From the human T2T-CHM13v2.0 reference genome, Homo sapiens: a stretch of DNA of 64,000 nt. Under the pieces are notes generated by a model. That model saw only the letters and a list, made by a program, of their open reading frames with translations. It was not told the origin of the DNA and did not search any database. Position 1 is the stretch's first letter; each line of letters starts with the position of its first letter. The stretch lies in the NCBI RefSeq assembly GCF_009914755.1, contig NC_060926.1, one strand, 5' to 3'. A program made the position numbers and the translations under genes. Below, one piece after another: positions 37,194 through 60,101 of this stretch.

Positions 37194-37507
37194 GTGAGGC
37201 CCTAGCGGAGCGGCGCGGTCTGCGTCCTCGCCTGCGGCCCCCCACGCTCCCGCCTTGGCGGCGGCCGGCGGGACCCGGCACTGCAGGGGCGGCGCTGCGG
37301 GATTGAAAGCCAGCGTCCCCGCTCCCCGGCCGGGCCGCAGCCTGCGTGGGGCCCGCCTTAGAGCAGCTCGCGGGTGTAAGACCTGGGGAGGCCCGGACCA
37401 GGCCTGCGAACGCAGGGTCCAGGTGCTGGCCTTGCGATTCGAGAATCTCCTCCCCCAGACCCTCCCAAGGCCTTGCAGAACACAGTGCAATGTGCTGCGA
37501 ATCATGA

Positions 37508-37657
<150 letters not shown>

Positions 37658-37983
37658 TAAGGCATAGCTAGTTCCATCAGAAAGGAGTGTGATCACATTA
37701 ACCAGGAAGTATTGTATTCCAGGCACCAGCAGCAAAACGCCTTATTTACTCCTCCCAGTAGCGCTGTGAGGTTGGTGTAATACTTCCCCACTTTATGGGG
37801 AAAAAAAGTGAGGCTCAGAGAGATTTAGCAACTTTTAAGACCCTGGACGGCTGGGCTAGGTGGCTCACGCATGTAATCCCAGCACTTTGGGAGGCCGAGG
37901 TGGGCTGATCACTTACGGTCAAGAGTTCGAGACCAGCCTGGCCAACATGGTGAAACCCGTCTCTACTAAAAATACAAAAATTA

Positions 37984-38163
<180 letters not shown>

Positions 38164-39484
38164 TTAAACAGTTGAGTAAGGGAAAAGTAGGATTGGAACC
38201 CGTGCTGTTCCTGATTTTAGGACACTAGTCTTAGCCCCTTCCTTAAACAGATTAACTTAGGTGGGCCACTTGTTATGCAAGGAAAACTTCAGTTACTTTG
38301 ACTGGTGATTTAATAAAACTCGACATCATGAAGATTCCAATTTACCTGCCTTCCCTTAGAATCTCTGGTAACCATATGAAGGTGCAAATCATTCATTCCC
38401 ACGTTCACAAGCCCTTCATTAGCTGACTAGGCCATGGAAAGAAGGGACTTAGAAATGATTAACCAGGATGCCATTGCTGATGTCAAGGAGTGGCATTCTG
38501 GGAGGAGAGGGAGGAAGTCTACTGAAAGGTAGAAAAATGAAAAAAACTATAGGATAGCTATTTAATAAACGGCAGTGAGAGTTGGGAGGAACGAGATGAC
38601 CACCCCTGAAACATATTTTAGAATGAAAGAGATGAAGGATATCTGTCTGCTTTTTGTTGCCATGTGGAAAATTTGCTTCTTGGTTTCTAGATCCATGTAG
38701 AGGTAGGTTATTACCTTTTCTTTGTGCAGTTCCCAGCTATGTGAGCAGTACACAGCTTCCCTAAGTTTAACAAGTTCAGATGGTAAGAATGCCTTACTTT
38801 ATTAACAAATACATAACTGTATATTTTCGGATGTCTTTTTGCGTCTTGTCTCTGTGGTTTTCATGGGAAACCTGTGAGAATCGTGGCAGGCAAGTTGGCT
38901 CTTTGCTCATCAGCAACCGAATGAGAATTCAAAGTCCAGACCTGCGTGCTTTCCATTGGGCCAAGTTGGGTCCTCCTATGGTAATGGAACCTTCGTAAAG
39001 CAAAATCCTCATCTGTAGTCTCTTTTTTTTCCCCACCAAACTTTGTATTATGGAAACATTTCAGACACAATCAAAAGTAGAAAAGTATAATGATCCCTTG
39101 GGTCCTATATCTGTCACCCACTTTAGGTACTTATCAACTGATTAGTCTTGTTTCTGTACCTATACCCACTCCTCACTTATCTTCATTATGGTCATATCTT
39201 CTTTAAAAACTGGAAATGTAAATGTGTTTCTCTTCTATGAAAGGATAAGAAGTTCACCATGAGTGATTTATTTAGACCCCAGCACAGTAAAGTTCACTGA
39301 ATGAAATGTAAACAACTTGGAGCAATTGTTTTTTCTTCAACAAAGGCCACATTCAGTTGCAGTGGTATTTTATTCAGTTGCAGTGGTATTTTACATATAT
39401 AAACTCTTATAGTCCTTATAACAACTTTTTAGTTTAGGTAGTGTTATCCTCATTTTATAGGTGAGGAAACTAAGCACAACGTAG

Positions 39485-39714
<230 letters not shown>

Positions 39715-39832
39715 TAGAGACAGAGTTTCACCATGTTGGCCAGGCTGATCTCGAACTCCTGACCTCAAGTGATCGCCCGCCTTGGCCTGCTGGGATTACA
39801 GGTGTGAGCCACCGCACCCGAGGCCAAGATTT

Positions 39833-41055
<1,223 letters not shown>

Positions 41056-41689
41056 TAATTTTATCCCAGGAAGTTAACCATTACCTTGTCATGAGGTAAA
41101 CTGATGGATTTTAATTAGTGAGTATACAGCAGTGAGCATACATAGAATTATTTCCCGAGACTACAGCCATTATGTATAAATTCTTCAGTTCAAAGGAGTA
41201 GCAAGCTTTTTAATTACCCCAAATGTTTAATTCTAGAAATAAATCCGCCTTCTCTAAGTTTTAAGTGACTGTCTTCATTTGGAGGAAATGGATTTTATTT
41301 CCTGAACCCCAGGAAAAGAAATTTTGAATTTGAAAACACTTATGTCACCAGTTTGTGGATGTTGGAACTGTGTGTGTCATTGGTCAAACACCAGTCATTT
41401 GCAAATGGCTCCCCTTAACAGGAGAATCTACCCAGGAAATTCCGTATCTTACTGGCAGAACTTGCTGCTTTAAAGTGTTTATTATAGTCTCAGCTACTTG
41501 GAGGATTACTTAATAAGCCCAGGAGTTCTAGGCTGCCATGGACTGTAATCTTGCCTGTGAATAATCACTGTACTCCAGGCTGGGCAACATAGTGAGATCC
41601 CATCTCAAAAACTATATATGTTGATTGTAGAAAATTCGAAAATATGGACAACTATAAAGAAGGTAGTAAAAATGGATTGTAATTCTTAA

Positions 41690-42031
<342 letters not shown>

Positions 42032-42500
42032 TGATCCATTCGCCTTGGCCTCCCAAAGTGCTGGGATTACAGGTGTGAGCCACCCCACCTGGCCCCTGCT
42101 TTATTTTTTCTTATATATTGTGGGCATTTTTACACAACATTACAACTTATAAAGTCTGCCAGAGTGTTCGTGGTTACGACTTTCTAGGGGTCTGCTTTGT
42201 GATATGGATTAATATTTACTGTCCTTCACTTGACCCTTTGTCACATTGTGTGATTATTTTTTCTAGTTTACTTTTTTTTCCCATGTAAAACTTTTTATTT
42301 AACATTTCTGTAATCAGAACTCTCAATCTTTTGTTTAAAACTTGGAAAGCATTCCTCACATATTTAATTTTGCTACATGCATGATTTTTTAAATGCTAAA
42401 CCTTTGATTCATAAGGAATATATTTTTGTTTGGGTTTAACCCGTTATTCCAATAGCAACACCACTTTATTAAACAGTCTTTTATGTCTTCACTCACTTGA

Positions 42501-42875
<375 letters not shown>

Positions 42876-43162
42876 TAGTAATATTTAATGAGTATGGCTT
42901 ATGATTCAGTTTCTAAATGCTCTGAAAATTATAAAACCAGTGCTGTAGTAGTTACCAATTATCCCTGAACATACACAACAGTTAGGAAATAAATTAAATA
43001 AACTTTTTTTCGGAAGTAAATAGAATTTTACTTAAGAAATAAAATATAGTGAAATACTTTAAAAAATCAGAATTTTCTCGTTGAATTCAGGCTCAAAATC
43101 TCTTGAAATGAAAACAGTAGATGCTTTGAATAGTGAAAATTACAATTCAGCCACACCAGTAG

Positions 43163-43288
<126 letters not shown>

Positions 43289-44411
43289 TAAAAACAGTCA
43301 GTGGTTTCCAGGAATATTTTAGTTGATAGCGTCCTAAAATAAAGGAAGAAAAAGGCTCAAGAGAAATTTACATATAAAGTTAATGTTATGAAGTTGCTGC
43401 CAGATTTCATAATACGTTAGAACTGGTTTAAAATCCAGCTTGTCTTACTACTTGATGAATTCAGATTGTTTTCCTCTGCTTGCTATTAGTCCTGACCTGA
43501 TACCTAATTTAGAGTCTGGTGTTTCCTGCTCAAGTTGCTGAAGATATTTAGATTTCATCGTATGAAAATACTTTTAAAATAGTTCAAACTTAGAAGAAAG
43601 CATCACAGCGTAACTGACTTGCAAAGGAATTTTTTTTTTCAAAGTGCTTTACATTTGTTCGTTCACCTAAGAATGAATTGTATATAAACCGAAACGGCAA
43701 GAAACTGGTATCCTCCTAGTTTGTCAGTTGTGGTACAATTTGGTGAATAAAGCTGAATGGCTACAGATCATCAGACAAGCCATTGACTTACAGAAACGCA
43801 TAGACTGTTCTGGAACTAGCAACAGTTTTGTAAAATTCCTTTTACCTTTTTTACATTTTATTGCTCAAGAAACTGGGATCAAGAACTGAAGAAAAAGATT
43901 TTTAAATATATCTCTCTTTTTTTTTTTTGAGACAGGATTATACTCTTGCCCAGGCTGGAGTGCAGTGGTGCGATCATGGCTCGCTGCAGCCTCTGTCTGC
44001 TTCCCAGGCTCAAGCAGTTCTCCCACCTCAGCCTCCCAAGTAGCTGGGACTATAGGCATGTGCCACCACACCCAGCTAATTTTTGTATTTTTTATAGAGA
44101 CGGGGTCTCACCTTGTTGCCCAGGCTGGTCTCGAACACCTGGGCTCAAGCGATCCCCCACCTTAGCCTCCCAAAGTGCTGGTATTACAGACATGAGCCAC
44201 TGTGGCCAGCCAGATATATCTGTTAATCCTAATTTTTTTGTTTGATAACTCCCCAACTACATGTTTGATATTCTTTAATTAAGAATATTATGCTGGGCAT
44301 GGTGGCTCTTGCCTGTAGTCCCAGCACTTGGAGAGCTGAGACAGGAGAACCGCTTGAGCCCAGGAGTTTAAGATCACCCTGGGCAAGATGGCAACACCCC
44401 CCTTCTCTTTA

Positions 44412-44570
<159 letters not shown>

Positions 44571-44632
44571 TCAAAAAAATAAATTTTTTTTTTAATCAAT
44601 GGGATTTAATTTGATTGAAGACACTATGTTGA

Positions 44633-44764
<132 letters not shown>

Positions 44765-44979
44765 TAAAAACCTGAAATTAAACTTTTAACACATTACGAA
44801 CCAACGACAAAGACTATGCCAAACCTGGTGTCCCTGTGTTTTCTTACTCACTATAAACCTTTACTGCGTACCTTCTGTGTGACTTTGTATGTGTGTAAGC
44901 ATTTTGGTTTGGCCAGATTTATATACCAAAATACATACTGAAGTTTTTTAGGAAGTTACAATCTAAATCTTAGTATGTA

Positions 44980-45205
44980 TAGGTTGAGTATCCCTTATCT
45001 GAAATGCTTGGGACCCAGAAGTGTCTTGGATTTCAGATTTCTTCAGATTTTGGAATATTTGCAGGTAACATGCCAGTTGAGCGTCCCTCAGAAATCCGAA
45101 ATGCTTCAGTGAGCATTTCCTCCAAGTGTCATGTTGACGCTCAAAAAGTTTCAGATTTTGGAGCATTTCAGATTTCAGGTTTTCATATTAGGAATTATCA
45201 ACTTG
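44980..45205. mobile_element. Tigger4a-like DNA transposon
   Basis: aggttgagtatcccttatctgaaatgcttgggacc..ttttggagcatttcagatttc..caacttg with TIRs. Confidence 0.85.
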
Positions 45206-45249
45206 CACAACTAACTGAGTTATTTGCATAAAGATACTGGCTGTTTCTC

Positions 45250-49530
<4,281 letters not shown>

Positions 49531-50248
49531 GGTTTTAGTAGGAGGGCAGTAGACTTAATAAAGATGAGCTGCAAAATGTTTCCCCTCCAATTCTGTTCTT
49601 CTGTTTTTGTTTTTGTTTTTTTTAATTAGTTTTCAGCAGTTAGGCTTGTTTGGAGCCTGCCCGTAGAGCTCCTCGCACTACAGGCCTAGGAGTGGAACTG
49701 TACTTCACTGATTGTTAATTTTAGATTACTTCTGTATTTTAAATTATTCTTTTGGCATTCCTGTTACCATCATTTTTATGACCTCTCTGAAGGCAAAACA
49801 AATGTTTCACCCTTAGAATGCTCTGATATTTTTCATCATTGTGCCAATCCACTGGAAAAAGAATCTAAATTCTAATGTTCTGGATAATAGTGATCACATT
49901 CCAAAATGAGAATGTTATCTGTAATCTTGTACTTTATACTTCTATTAAAATGTTCTATAAATTTTTCATGGCTTGGTGGTTCTGGGTAGCTAAGGTTATG
50001 CAAGCAGCAGCGTTGCAGTGTGACGTGGAGGGAGTACTGTGTATTCAGATCCGGGGAGCACCTGCTGACTAAATTACCTCTGCTCGACCCCAGCAGGACA
50101 CCCTGACTTTTTAACACACTCGTTAGAATTCTAAAATGTCAGGCTCACAGTTTATATATTAGTTCTCTATGGCTTTTGTTTACGTTAATAGTACTGACTT
50201 GTTTTTTTCCTAGATAGCTGTAAACCACATGAGTGGACTTTTTAATGA

Positions 50249-50383
<135 letters not shown>

Positions 50384-50723
50384 TAGAAGACTGAGAGGAG
50401 AGGATTATTTAAATTTTAGTGAGATTTCATTTTGAATTTTATTACTGAGGAAATAGAAAGAAAATAGCTACTTCTGGATTGTGTTTTGGGATTACTATAA
50501 TTCATTTATATTTTCTTTTTTTCATTTATATTTTCTAAGCTTTTTTTGTATGCAGAGATGCATCTGGGTTATTTTCCTGATTTATTTATTTATTTATTTT
50601 ATTTTTATTTTTTTGAGATGAAGTCTTGCTGTGTCACCCAGGCTGGAGTACAGTGGCACAGTTTTGGCTGACTGCAACCTCTGCCTCCTGGGCTCAAGTG
50701 ATTCTCTTGCCTCAGCCTCCTGA

Positions 50724-50948
<225 letters not shown>

Positions 50949-50974
50949 TGACTTTATTTAAAAGTGGTTCATAA

Positions 50975-51196
<222 letters not shown>

Positions 51197-51492
51197 TAAG
51201 TTACATCCATGGAGTGCAGTGTTTGCCAGACCAAGCAGTATTCAGTTCTTGGTAGATTGCATTACCTACCAAAGCTTTGCTTGGAGCTGCTATCCTTTTG
51301 TTAAAAATGGAGAAACCAGCTATTACAGAGGTGTTCTGTCAAAAAGATTGAAAGAGAGCTGGGCGCGGTGGCTCACGCCTGTAATCCTAGCACTTTGGGA
51401 GGCCGAGGCGGGCGGATCACCTGAGGTCAGGAGTTTGAGACCAGCCTGGCCAATGTGGTGAAACCCTGTCTCTACTGAAAATACAAAAATTA

Positions 51493-51831
<339 letters not shown>

Positions 51832-51855
51832 TCACAAAACTTACGCTTTTTGTAG

Positions 51856-52080
<225 letters not shown>

Positions 52081-53319
52081 TGATGTGGTTCACATTCAGA
52101 AGATGATACATTCCGTAATGCCTCCTGTAGCCATCTGATAACCATCTGGTTTGAGACGCCATTTGGACTGAAGAGCACAGAAGTTGAGTAGTCTGGAGTT
52201 CTGAAAAGATGTCATGGGGGAGATGGAGATTGGAATGTCTCTGCCACGTAGATCTTTTTGAAGACATGAGACAGGATGGGATGGCCTGGATTTTATAGAG
52301 AAGAGGGTCAAGAAAGCCTTGGGGTAAAGGCTTGGTAGGTGTACTGTGGAGGAACCAGCAGAAGAAAAGTTGTGAAATTCCAACCTTTTAGAATGCATTT
52401 GAGAACAGAAAAGGGACTGTTTGTTTTGCACATATTGTAAGAAGCCGTTGCCTTGGAATATTGGATCTAGAAGCCCAATTGAAGTAGGCCAAAGCAGAAA
52501 TGTGATGTTAAGAACTAACAACGATAAAGAGGTTTCTTGGAACAAGAAAGTAGGACTTTCTCTGGGTTTGTAGAGTTTAGAGAGGGTTTTTAAATGTGTG
52601 TCCTGTTCTGTTCCAAAGGTAGGCTGTGAGAGCCTGTCCTGCTCTGGTACAAGGGAGAGTAGGGGCAGGGACAGAGGTGAGAGTCCCAGGCATGGAGGCC
52701 TTGGAATCCCAAGCACTACCGGTGCAGCTGGCCTTGGCTGAGAGCAAGGGCAGCCTCCTTCCTGCCTGGGGCGGTCAGCATTTGGTGAGGGGGTGCAGCC
52801 TGGGCTTCCTTTCCCTGTCATCAGCTGAGAGAGCGATGGGGGAGGGGAGCAGCGTGCCAGGTGGGAGGAGAATCTGAAAGTTTCTTCACGTTTGCCGCGT
52901 TCTATTGTTCTGCCTCAGATAGATTTTTTTTTTTTTTTTAAATTAAGACAACGGAGTCTCGCTCTGTCACCCAGGCTGGAGTGCAGTGGCGCAATCTCTG
53001 GTTCAAGCGATTCTCCTGCCTCAGCCTCCTGAGTAGCTGGGATTACAGGTGCGCACCACAATGCCTGGCTAGTTTTTCTGTTTTTAGTAGAGATGGGGTT
53101 TCACCATGTTGGCCAGGCTGGTCTCAAACTCCTGACCTCAAGTTATCTGCCTATCTCAGCCTCCCAGAGTGCTGGGATTACAGGCGTGAGCCACCACACC
53201 TGGCCTCAGATCTCAGATACACTTTGACACTAACACTTCCCAAATCCCCACAGACACCCTGTGAAGTCCTGTAGGCTGAAGTAATCTAAGTAATTTGTTT
53301 TCTCTCGGCCTTTCTGGGC

Positions 53320-54160
53320 TTCACAGCACAGTAATCTTTTAAAAATGGAAATCGGATGATGTCAGACCCTACTTAAAGCCATTCCTTGGCTTTTCTTAAG
53401 CACTTTGCCCTGCCCCACAAACCCTGTGCTGCCTGCCTGCCTCCTATCTGCCCCCTCAGCAGCTCTCCCTGCGCCTGCTGCTAGCCCCTCCGCCCTGTGC
53501 CTCCAAGTGGGCCCAGCTCTTTCCACTCCAGCGCCTCTGGCTCCTTGTCCCCTTCACCCAGAATTCTTCCCTCTGCCCTTCACCGTCCTGGTTTCTTGTT
53601 ATTCAGGCCTCACCTCCTCAGAGAAGCCTTCCTTGACCGCTTAGACCAAAGTAGCAGCCCATCATGCTTTCATCCCATCACCCTGTTTTGCTGCATGTGT
53701 TTCTATTCAATCTGTTCAAATTGTCTTCCCCCATTAGGATGGCAGCTTCCTTTTTTTTTTTTTTTTGAGATAGAGTTTCACTCTTTTCGCCCAGGCTGGA
53801 GTGCAGTGGTGCGATCTTGGCTCGCTGCAAACTCCACCTCCCGGGTTGAAGTGATTCTCCTGCCTCGGCCTCTCAAGTAGCTGGGACTACAGGCGCCTGC
53901 CACCACACCTGGCTAATTTTGTATTTTTAGTAGAGATAGGGTTTCACCACGTTGGCCAGGCTGGTTTTGAACTCCTGACCTCAGGTGATCTGCCTGCCTC
54001 GGCCTCCCAAAGTGCTGGGATTACAGGCATGAGCCACAGCGCCCAGCCAGGATGTCAGCTTTTGAGAGCAGAAGCTGCATCTGTTTTTGTTTGTCGCTGA
54101 ATCCCCAGGGCTTAGAAGACTGCTTGGCACATTCCCTAAATGTTTACTGAATGAATAATT
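53320..54160 (+). mobile_element. L2 3' end split by an Alu
   Basis: cacctcctcagagaagccttccttgacc; aaatgtttactgaatgaat terminus. Confidence 0.68.
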
Positions 54161-55379
54161 AGCAACCTGACATTTTGCACAAATTTTTCCTTGTAGGACT
54201 TCTTGAAACTGATTTGTCTGCTGTTATATCTGACCTATTTCCTGCTTATAGTTTATATTCTCCATTAAGATTCTGAGACAAAAAAATCCCCATGTACTGT
54301 CAGTTCTTATACTTTTCATTTTCCAAAGCATTTTCATTGGACTATATAAAAGCCTTCATTGTTCCTTAGACTGTGTGTGCGTTTCTTTTGAAGTTTAAAG
54401 TATTATTTGTGGTAAACATGGCAGAGGCGGCCCTGGACACGTAAATAAGCGTTTCTTGTGCGAGATTCCCAGGATTTCTCCCCAACATGGGCTTATTTCC
54501 ACAATAGAAAAGGCACTTTGCCTTTTCATGTGGTTTGAGTATTTGGCAGTGATGTTATTACAGAGTGTATGGTTGCGATTGTATCTAAAACAAAATTGAA
54601 GCAAGAACAAAGATGGGGTTGTGTGAGTGTGTGTATGTGTCTGAGATTTTAATGACTGGTTTGCTTATGATTGGAAAGAAGAAAATTCCTATTTATTTCA
54701 GCTATTTACTAGATTAAGCAACTTTCAGCATTTCTCTGGCACTTTCTATTTCAGTTATTAATGTCTTTGAAAATTTGATATTTGAAGGGGAACCGGATAC
54801 TCTTTTTTTTTTGAGGCAGAGTCTTGCTCTGTCGCCCAGGCTGGAGTGCAGTGGCATGATCTCGGCTCACCACAACCTCCGCCTCCCAGGTTCAAGTGAT
54901 CTCCTGCCTCAGCCTCCTGAGTAGTTGGGATTACAGGCATGTACCACCAGGCCCAGCTAATTTTTGTATTTTTAGTAAAGACAGAGTTTCACCATATTGG
55001 CCAGACCAGTCTGAAACTCCCAACCTCAGGTGATCCACCCACCTTGGCCTCCCAAAGTGTTGGGGATTACAGGCATGAGCCACCGCACCCATCCAGATAC
55101 GCTTAACTATGAGATGTTTCAGAAACCAAAAGTTTTCTCCCACTTATCAACCTTAGCCTAAACCATCTATGAGGAGTGGGAGGGAGATGGGGGAGTTGTA
55201 CATATGGTGTTTTGTTTTATTATGCCTGTTGTATGCCTTAGGGGATATTTTACTTCTATTGTTTACTATTTATTGCCTAGTTTGTTTTCTTCTGTGCCTC
55301 TCGCATAAATTTCATGAGGACAGTGATTTTATTTGACTTGATTTTTGGTTGGGGGAATTATTTTTTCAAGTTCTTTTTA

Positions 55380-56170
55380 AAACGGGCTTTATTTTTTTAG
55401 AGTAGTTACAGGTTTACAGAAAAAATACACGGTGATTATAGGGAATTTCCATATACCCCGCTTCCCCGCAGTTTCTCCTGTTAACATCATGCATTAGTGT
55501 GGTGTATTTGTTACAACTGATGAACCGATTTTGATTCATTATTAACCAAGGTTCATAGTTTAACATTCATTCTTTGTGTTGTACATTCTATGTATTTGGA
55601 AAAATGCACAGTGGCATGTCTCCCCCATTACAGTATCATGCAGAATAGTTTCAATGCCCTAAAACTCCCTTGTGCTCCTCCGCCTCATCCCTCCTTTCCC
55701 TTCTCCCCAACCCTTTGCAACCACTGTTATCTTTTTCTCTTTTCTTTTTTTTTTTTTTGGAATGGAGTCTTGCTATGTTGTCTGAGCTGGTTTTGATATC
55801 CTGGGACTCAAGCAGTCCTTCCGCCTTGGCCTCTCAAGTAGCTGGGATTACAGGCATGCACCACCATGCCCAGCTGTTTTTACTGACTCTGTACCCATTT
55901 CCAGAATGTCAGATAGTTGGGATCATACAGTATGGAGCCCTTTTAGGCACTTTCAGTTAACAACATGCATTAAGTTTCTTCCACATCTTTTTGTGGGTTG
56001 GTAGCTTATTTCTTAATGCTGAATAATATTTCACTGTGTATGAATGTACCACAGTTTATCCATGGACATATTGAAGGGCATCAAAACTTCAAGGACAGTT
56101 TTTGGTAGTTTATGAACAAAATTGCTATAATCATTTGTGTGCAAGTTTTCAACTCATTTTGATAAATACC
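55380..56170 (-). mobile_element. Antisense L1MC/MD-like 3' end
   Basis: ttacaggtttacagaaaaa; gtatttgttacaactgatgaacc; tacagtatcatgcagaatagtttcaatgccctaaaa. Confidence 0.72.
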
Positions 56171-56389
56171 TAATATTTTCTTTTATTGTATACTATTTAT
56201 TGCCTATTTTTTATTTGCCTCCCCAGTAAGCTCCATAAGGACAGTGACTTTTTTTTAAGAGGGTTGCAGGGACGGTTTTTTTCACTGATGTATCCTGAAT
56301 ACCTAGAACAGTGCTTAACATCGTAGTAGGCAACTCAGTAAATATTTGGCAAGGTCTTTAAAAACTATCTTAACCCATGAAGGACATGA

Positions 56390-56641
<252 letters not shown>

Positions 56642-57160
56642 TGACCTTGTGATCCACCCACCTCGGCCTCCCAAAGTGCTGGGGTCATGGGGGTGAGCCA
56701 TTGTACCCGGCTCATTTTTGTTTTTAATTAGTGCTGGCCCACCATTTCTTTCTGTGTGCTGAACTTCTTATGTTTATTCACAAGAGATACTAGCTCCTAA
56801 AAAAATCTGCCAGTGTTGAGAAACTAGGTAATGGAAAACTCTGAAGTTGCAGTCTCCTTTTAACTACAGTTCTGCTTTAGGCAGAGTCTGTTGAGTTTGC
56901 CATCAAAGAAGAAAGAAAAAACACATTATTTCTTCTCTTCTTCCACCCACAGCTGTTGCTTTAGCTTGTAATATAATTTCTTACATCGATAGGGTTTATA
57001 ACTTTAATTTTGTACTGTCTCTGTGATTACCTCAATTGTTTAATCTTAGTTCTGTATTTACATGAATTCCTGACTGATCACTAGTCTTGTCATAGTTTCT
57101 CCCATCCCTAAATCTCTTATTGTGGATTTATTTCTAGACTGGCTGGTTCTGGTCCTCCAG

Positions 57161-57162
<2 letters not shown>

Positions 57163-57206
<44 letters not shown>
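57163..57206 (+). repeat. (GT)22 microsatellite in intron 7
   Basis: 44-nt perfect GT run, 206 nt before exon 8. Confidence 0.95.
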
Positions 57207-57207
<1 letters not shown>

Positions 57208-57387
57208 CATGTACATGTGCATTTTTTTTAAAGATGGGCTCAGGCTCAGTTGCTTTGTTCTTTATCATCAAGATTTTATGTTTGTGTGTATCTGTTTGGC
57301 TCTTAATTATACTTAAAACATTTGTTTAGTCATGTTATTTTTTTGAGAAGTGTGCATACATCTGACCTTACTGATCCTGCTTAGTAA

Positions 57388-57591
<204 letters not shown>

Positions 57592-58376
57592 TAAATTTTT
57601 TTGAATATTAACAAGTTCTAATGTGAATATAGACATGCTATGAAATCTGAAAGTCATCTGTTGATAACAGTATCAATGTAATAATATAAAATCTGATACA
57701 CACACACACACAGAATTGTGTAATATTGTCAGGAAAATGAGGCAGGAATTTGTTTGTGGGGTGGAACCATAAAAGTTTAGAAAATAAAAGTGAAATGTCC
57801 TAATGCAATAGACTAAGTCTTGTGCCACATCTTTGAAAATGTAATGGAGTAAACATAAAGAAGTTCTTCTTTGGACTCTTTATCTGAAACTTCTTATAGT
57901 CGTTGTATGAGATACTTTGCTTCTGTGTTTAAATCATGAACTCCGCAATTGAGTTGTCTGTACACCACATCTTGCTGACAGTCCTCCAGCACATGATTTG
58001 TTCTCAGGTATTTATTGGGTGTTAAAGTGATGTGAGTGGGGAAGAAATAAATGATGTGTGATATCAAAGTGATATCAAGCAGAACAGAGAGAAAGAGTGA
58101 GTCAGTAATGAAGTAAACGAGCTTCACCTACACGCTGGGTACTGTCAGGCTTCAGTGGCTCTGTGGTTTTGGAGGGCAGAGAGGAGATTTCCCTCACACT
58201 GCTCCCACAACCATATTTTTAGTGTATAATTATCTGGCTAAATAGATTTCTGTTTAATTTAGCACAGGCACTAGAAAATGTGCTGCGTAGACTGGGTGTT
58301 AAGAAAACTGTCTTGATTTAGGAGTTGACAGGTAGTAACTTTAGCTTTCTTTGTTTGTGATTTTACTATTTTCTAA

Positions 58377-58508
<132 letters not shown>

Positions 58509-58966
58509 TGATTTGGGGGAGAAAGAAAAAGCAATATTTTATCCTAAATAGAATAAAGAGGATAGAATAAAGAAAAAATATATAGATATTCTGTATAATA
58601 TATAGATGAAATTAAGGACTTCTATCTCTATGTAAATATACAGTTATTCTATATAATATAGTTTGATTAAAGTAAAATACCCTTTGTTTCATTATAGGAT
58701 TTCCTATTTAATTTGTTTTATTAATATTTGAGATTGATTCTGTGAGTACCTCAAAATACATTTCTTTATAAAAGTGTATGTTAGTATTTTAGGCCGGGCG
58801 CAATGTCTCACGCCTGTAGTACCAGGACTTTGGGAGGCTGAGGCGGGCAGATCACGAGGTCAGGAGATCGAGACCATCCTGGCTAACACGGTGAAACCCC
58901 GTCTCTACTAAAAATACAAAAAATTAGCTGGGCGTGGTGGGGGGTACCTGTAGTCCCAGGTACTCA

Positions 58967-59134
<168 letters not shown>

Positions 59135-59185
59135 TCAATGTAATTTTGCTAATTTAGGCTATTGAATGCATTTGTTATTGTTTAA

Positions 59186-59542
<357 letters not shown>

Positions 59543-59864
59543 TAGAGTCATGTTTTATCAGAGACATTTACTTGTTGAATTTAATAACCCATGAATATCC
59601 CTTTAGTATTTCTGAAAGTTCTTGAGAAACTATTACCATAGTTTATCATCTACAGCAGTGGTCAGCAACTTCAGCTGAATCCAGCCTGCCACCCTGTTTT
59701 TGTGAATATAGTATATATAAATTGGTCCTTCACAGAAAAAGTTTTCTGAGTGTCACTCTAGAGGGTAAAATTAAAGAATACTTTCTTACTGGTTACTTCA
59801 GTTAAATGACTTATTGATCTGTTAAAATCTTATGTAAACAGTAAGATTAGCTTTAGAGTAATGA

Positions 59865-60101
<237 letters not shown>

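Larger units (their letters stand above)
36790..37500. promoter_or_regulatory. CpG-island, TATA-less promoter of ATIC
   Basis: Abrupt GC/CpG-rich block around exon 1; GC boxes (ccgccc near 36930, 36955, 37069); ETS-like CCGGAAA 37057-37063; no TATA box seen. Confidence 0.93.
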
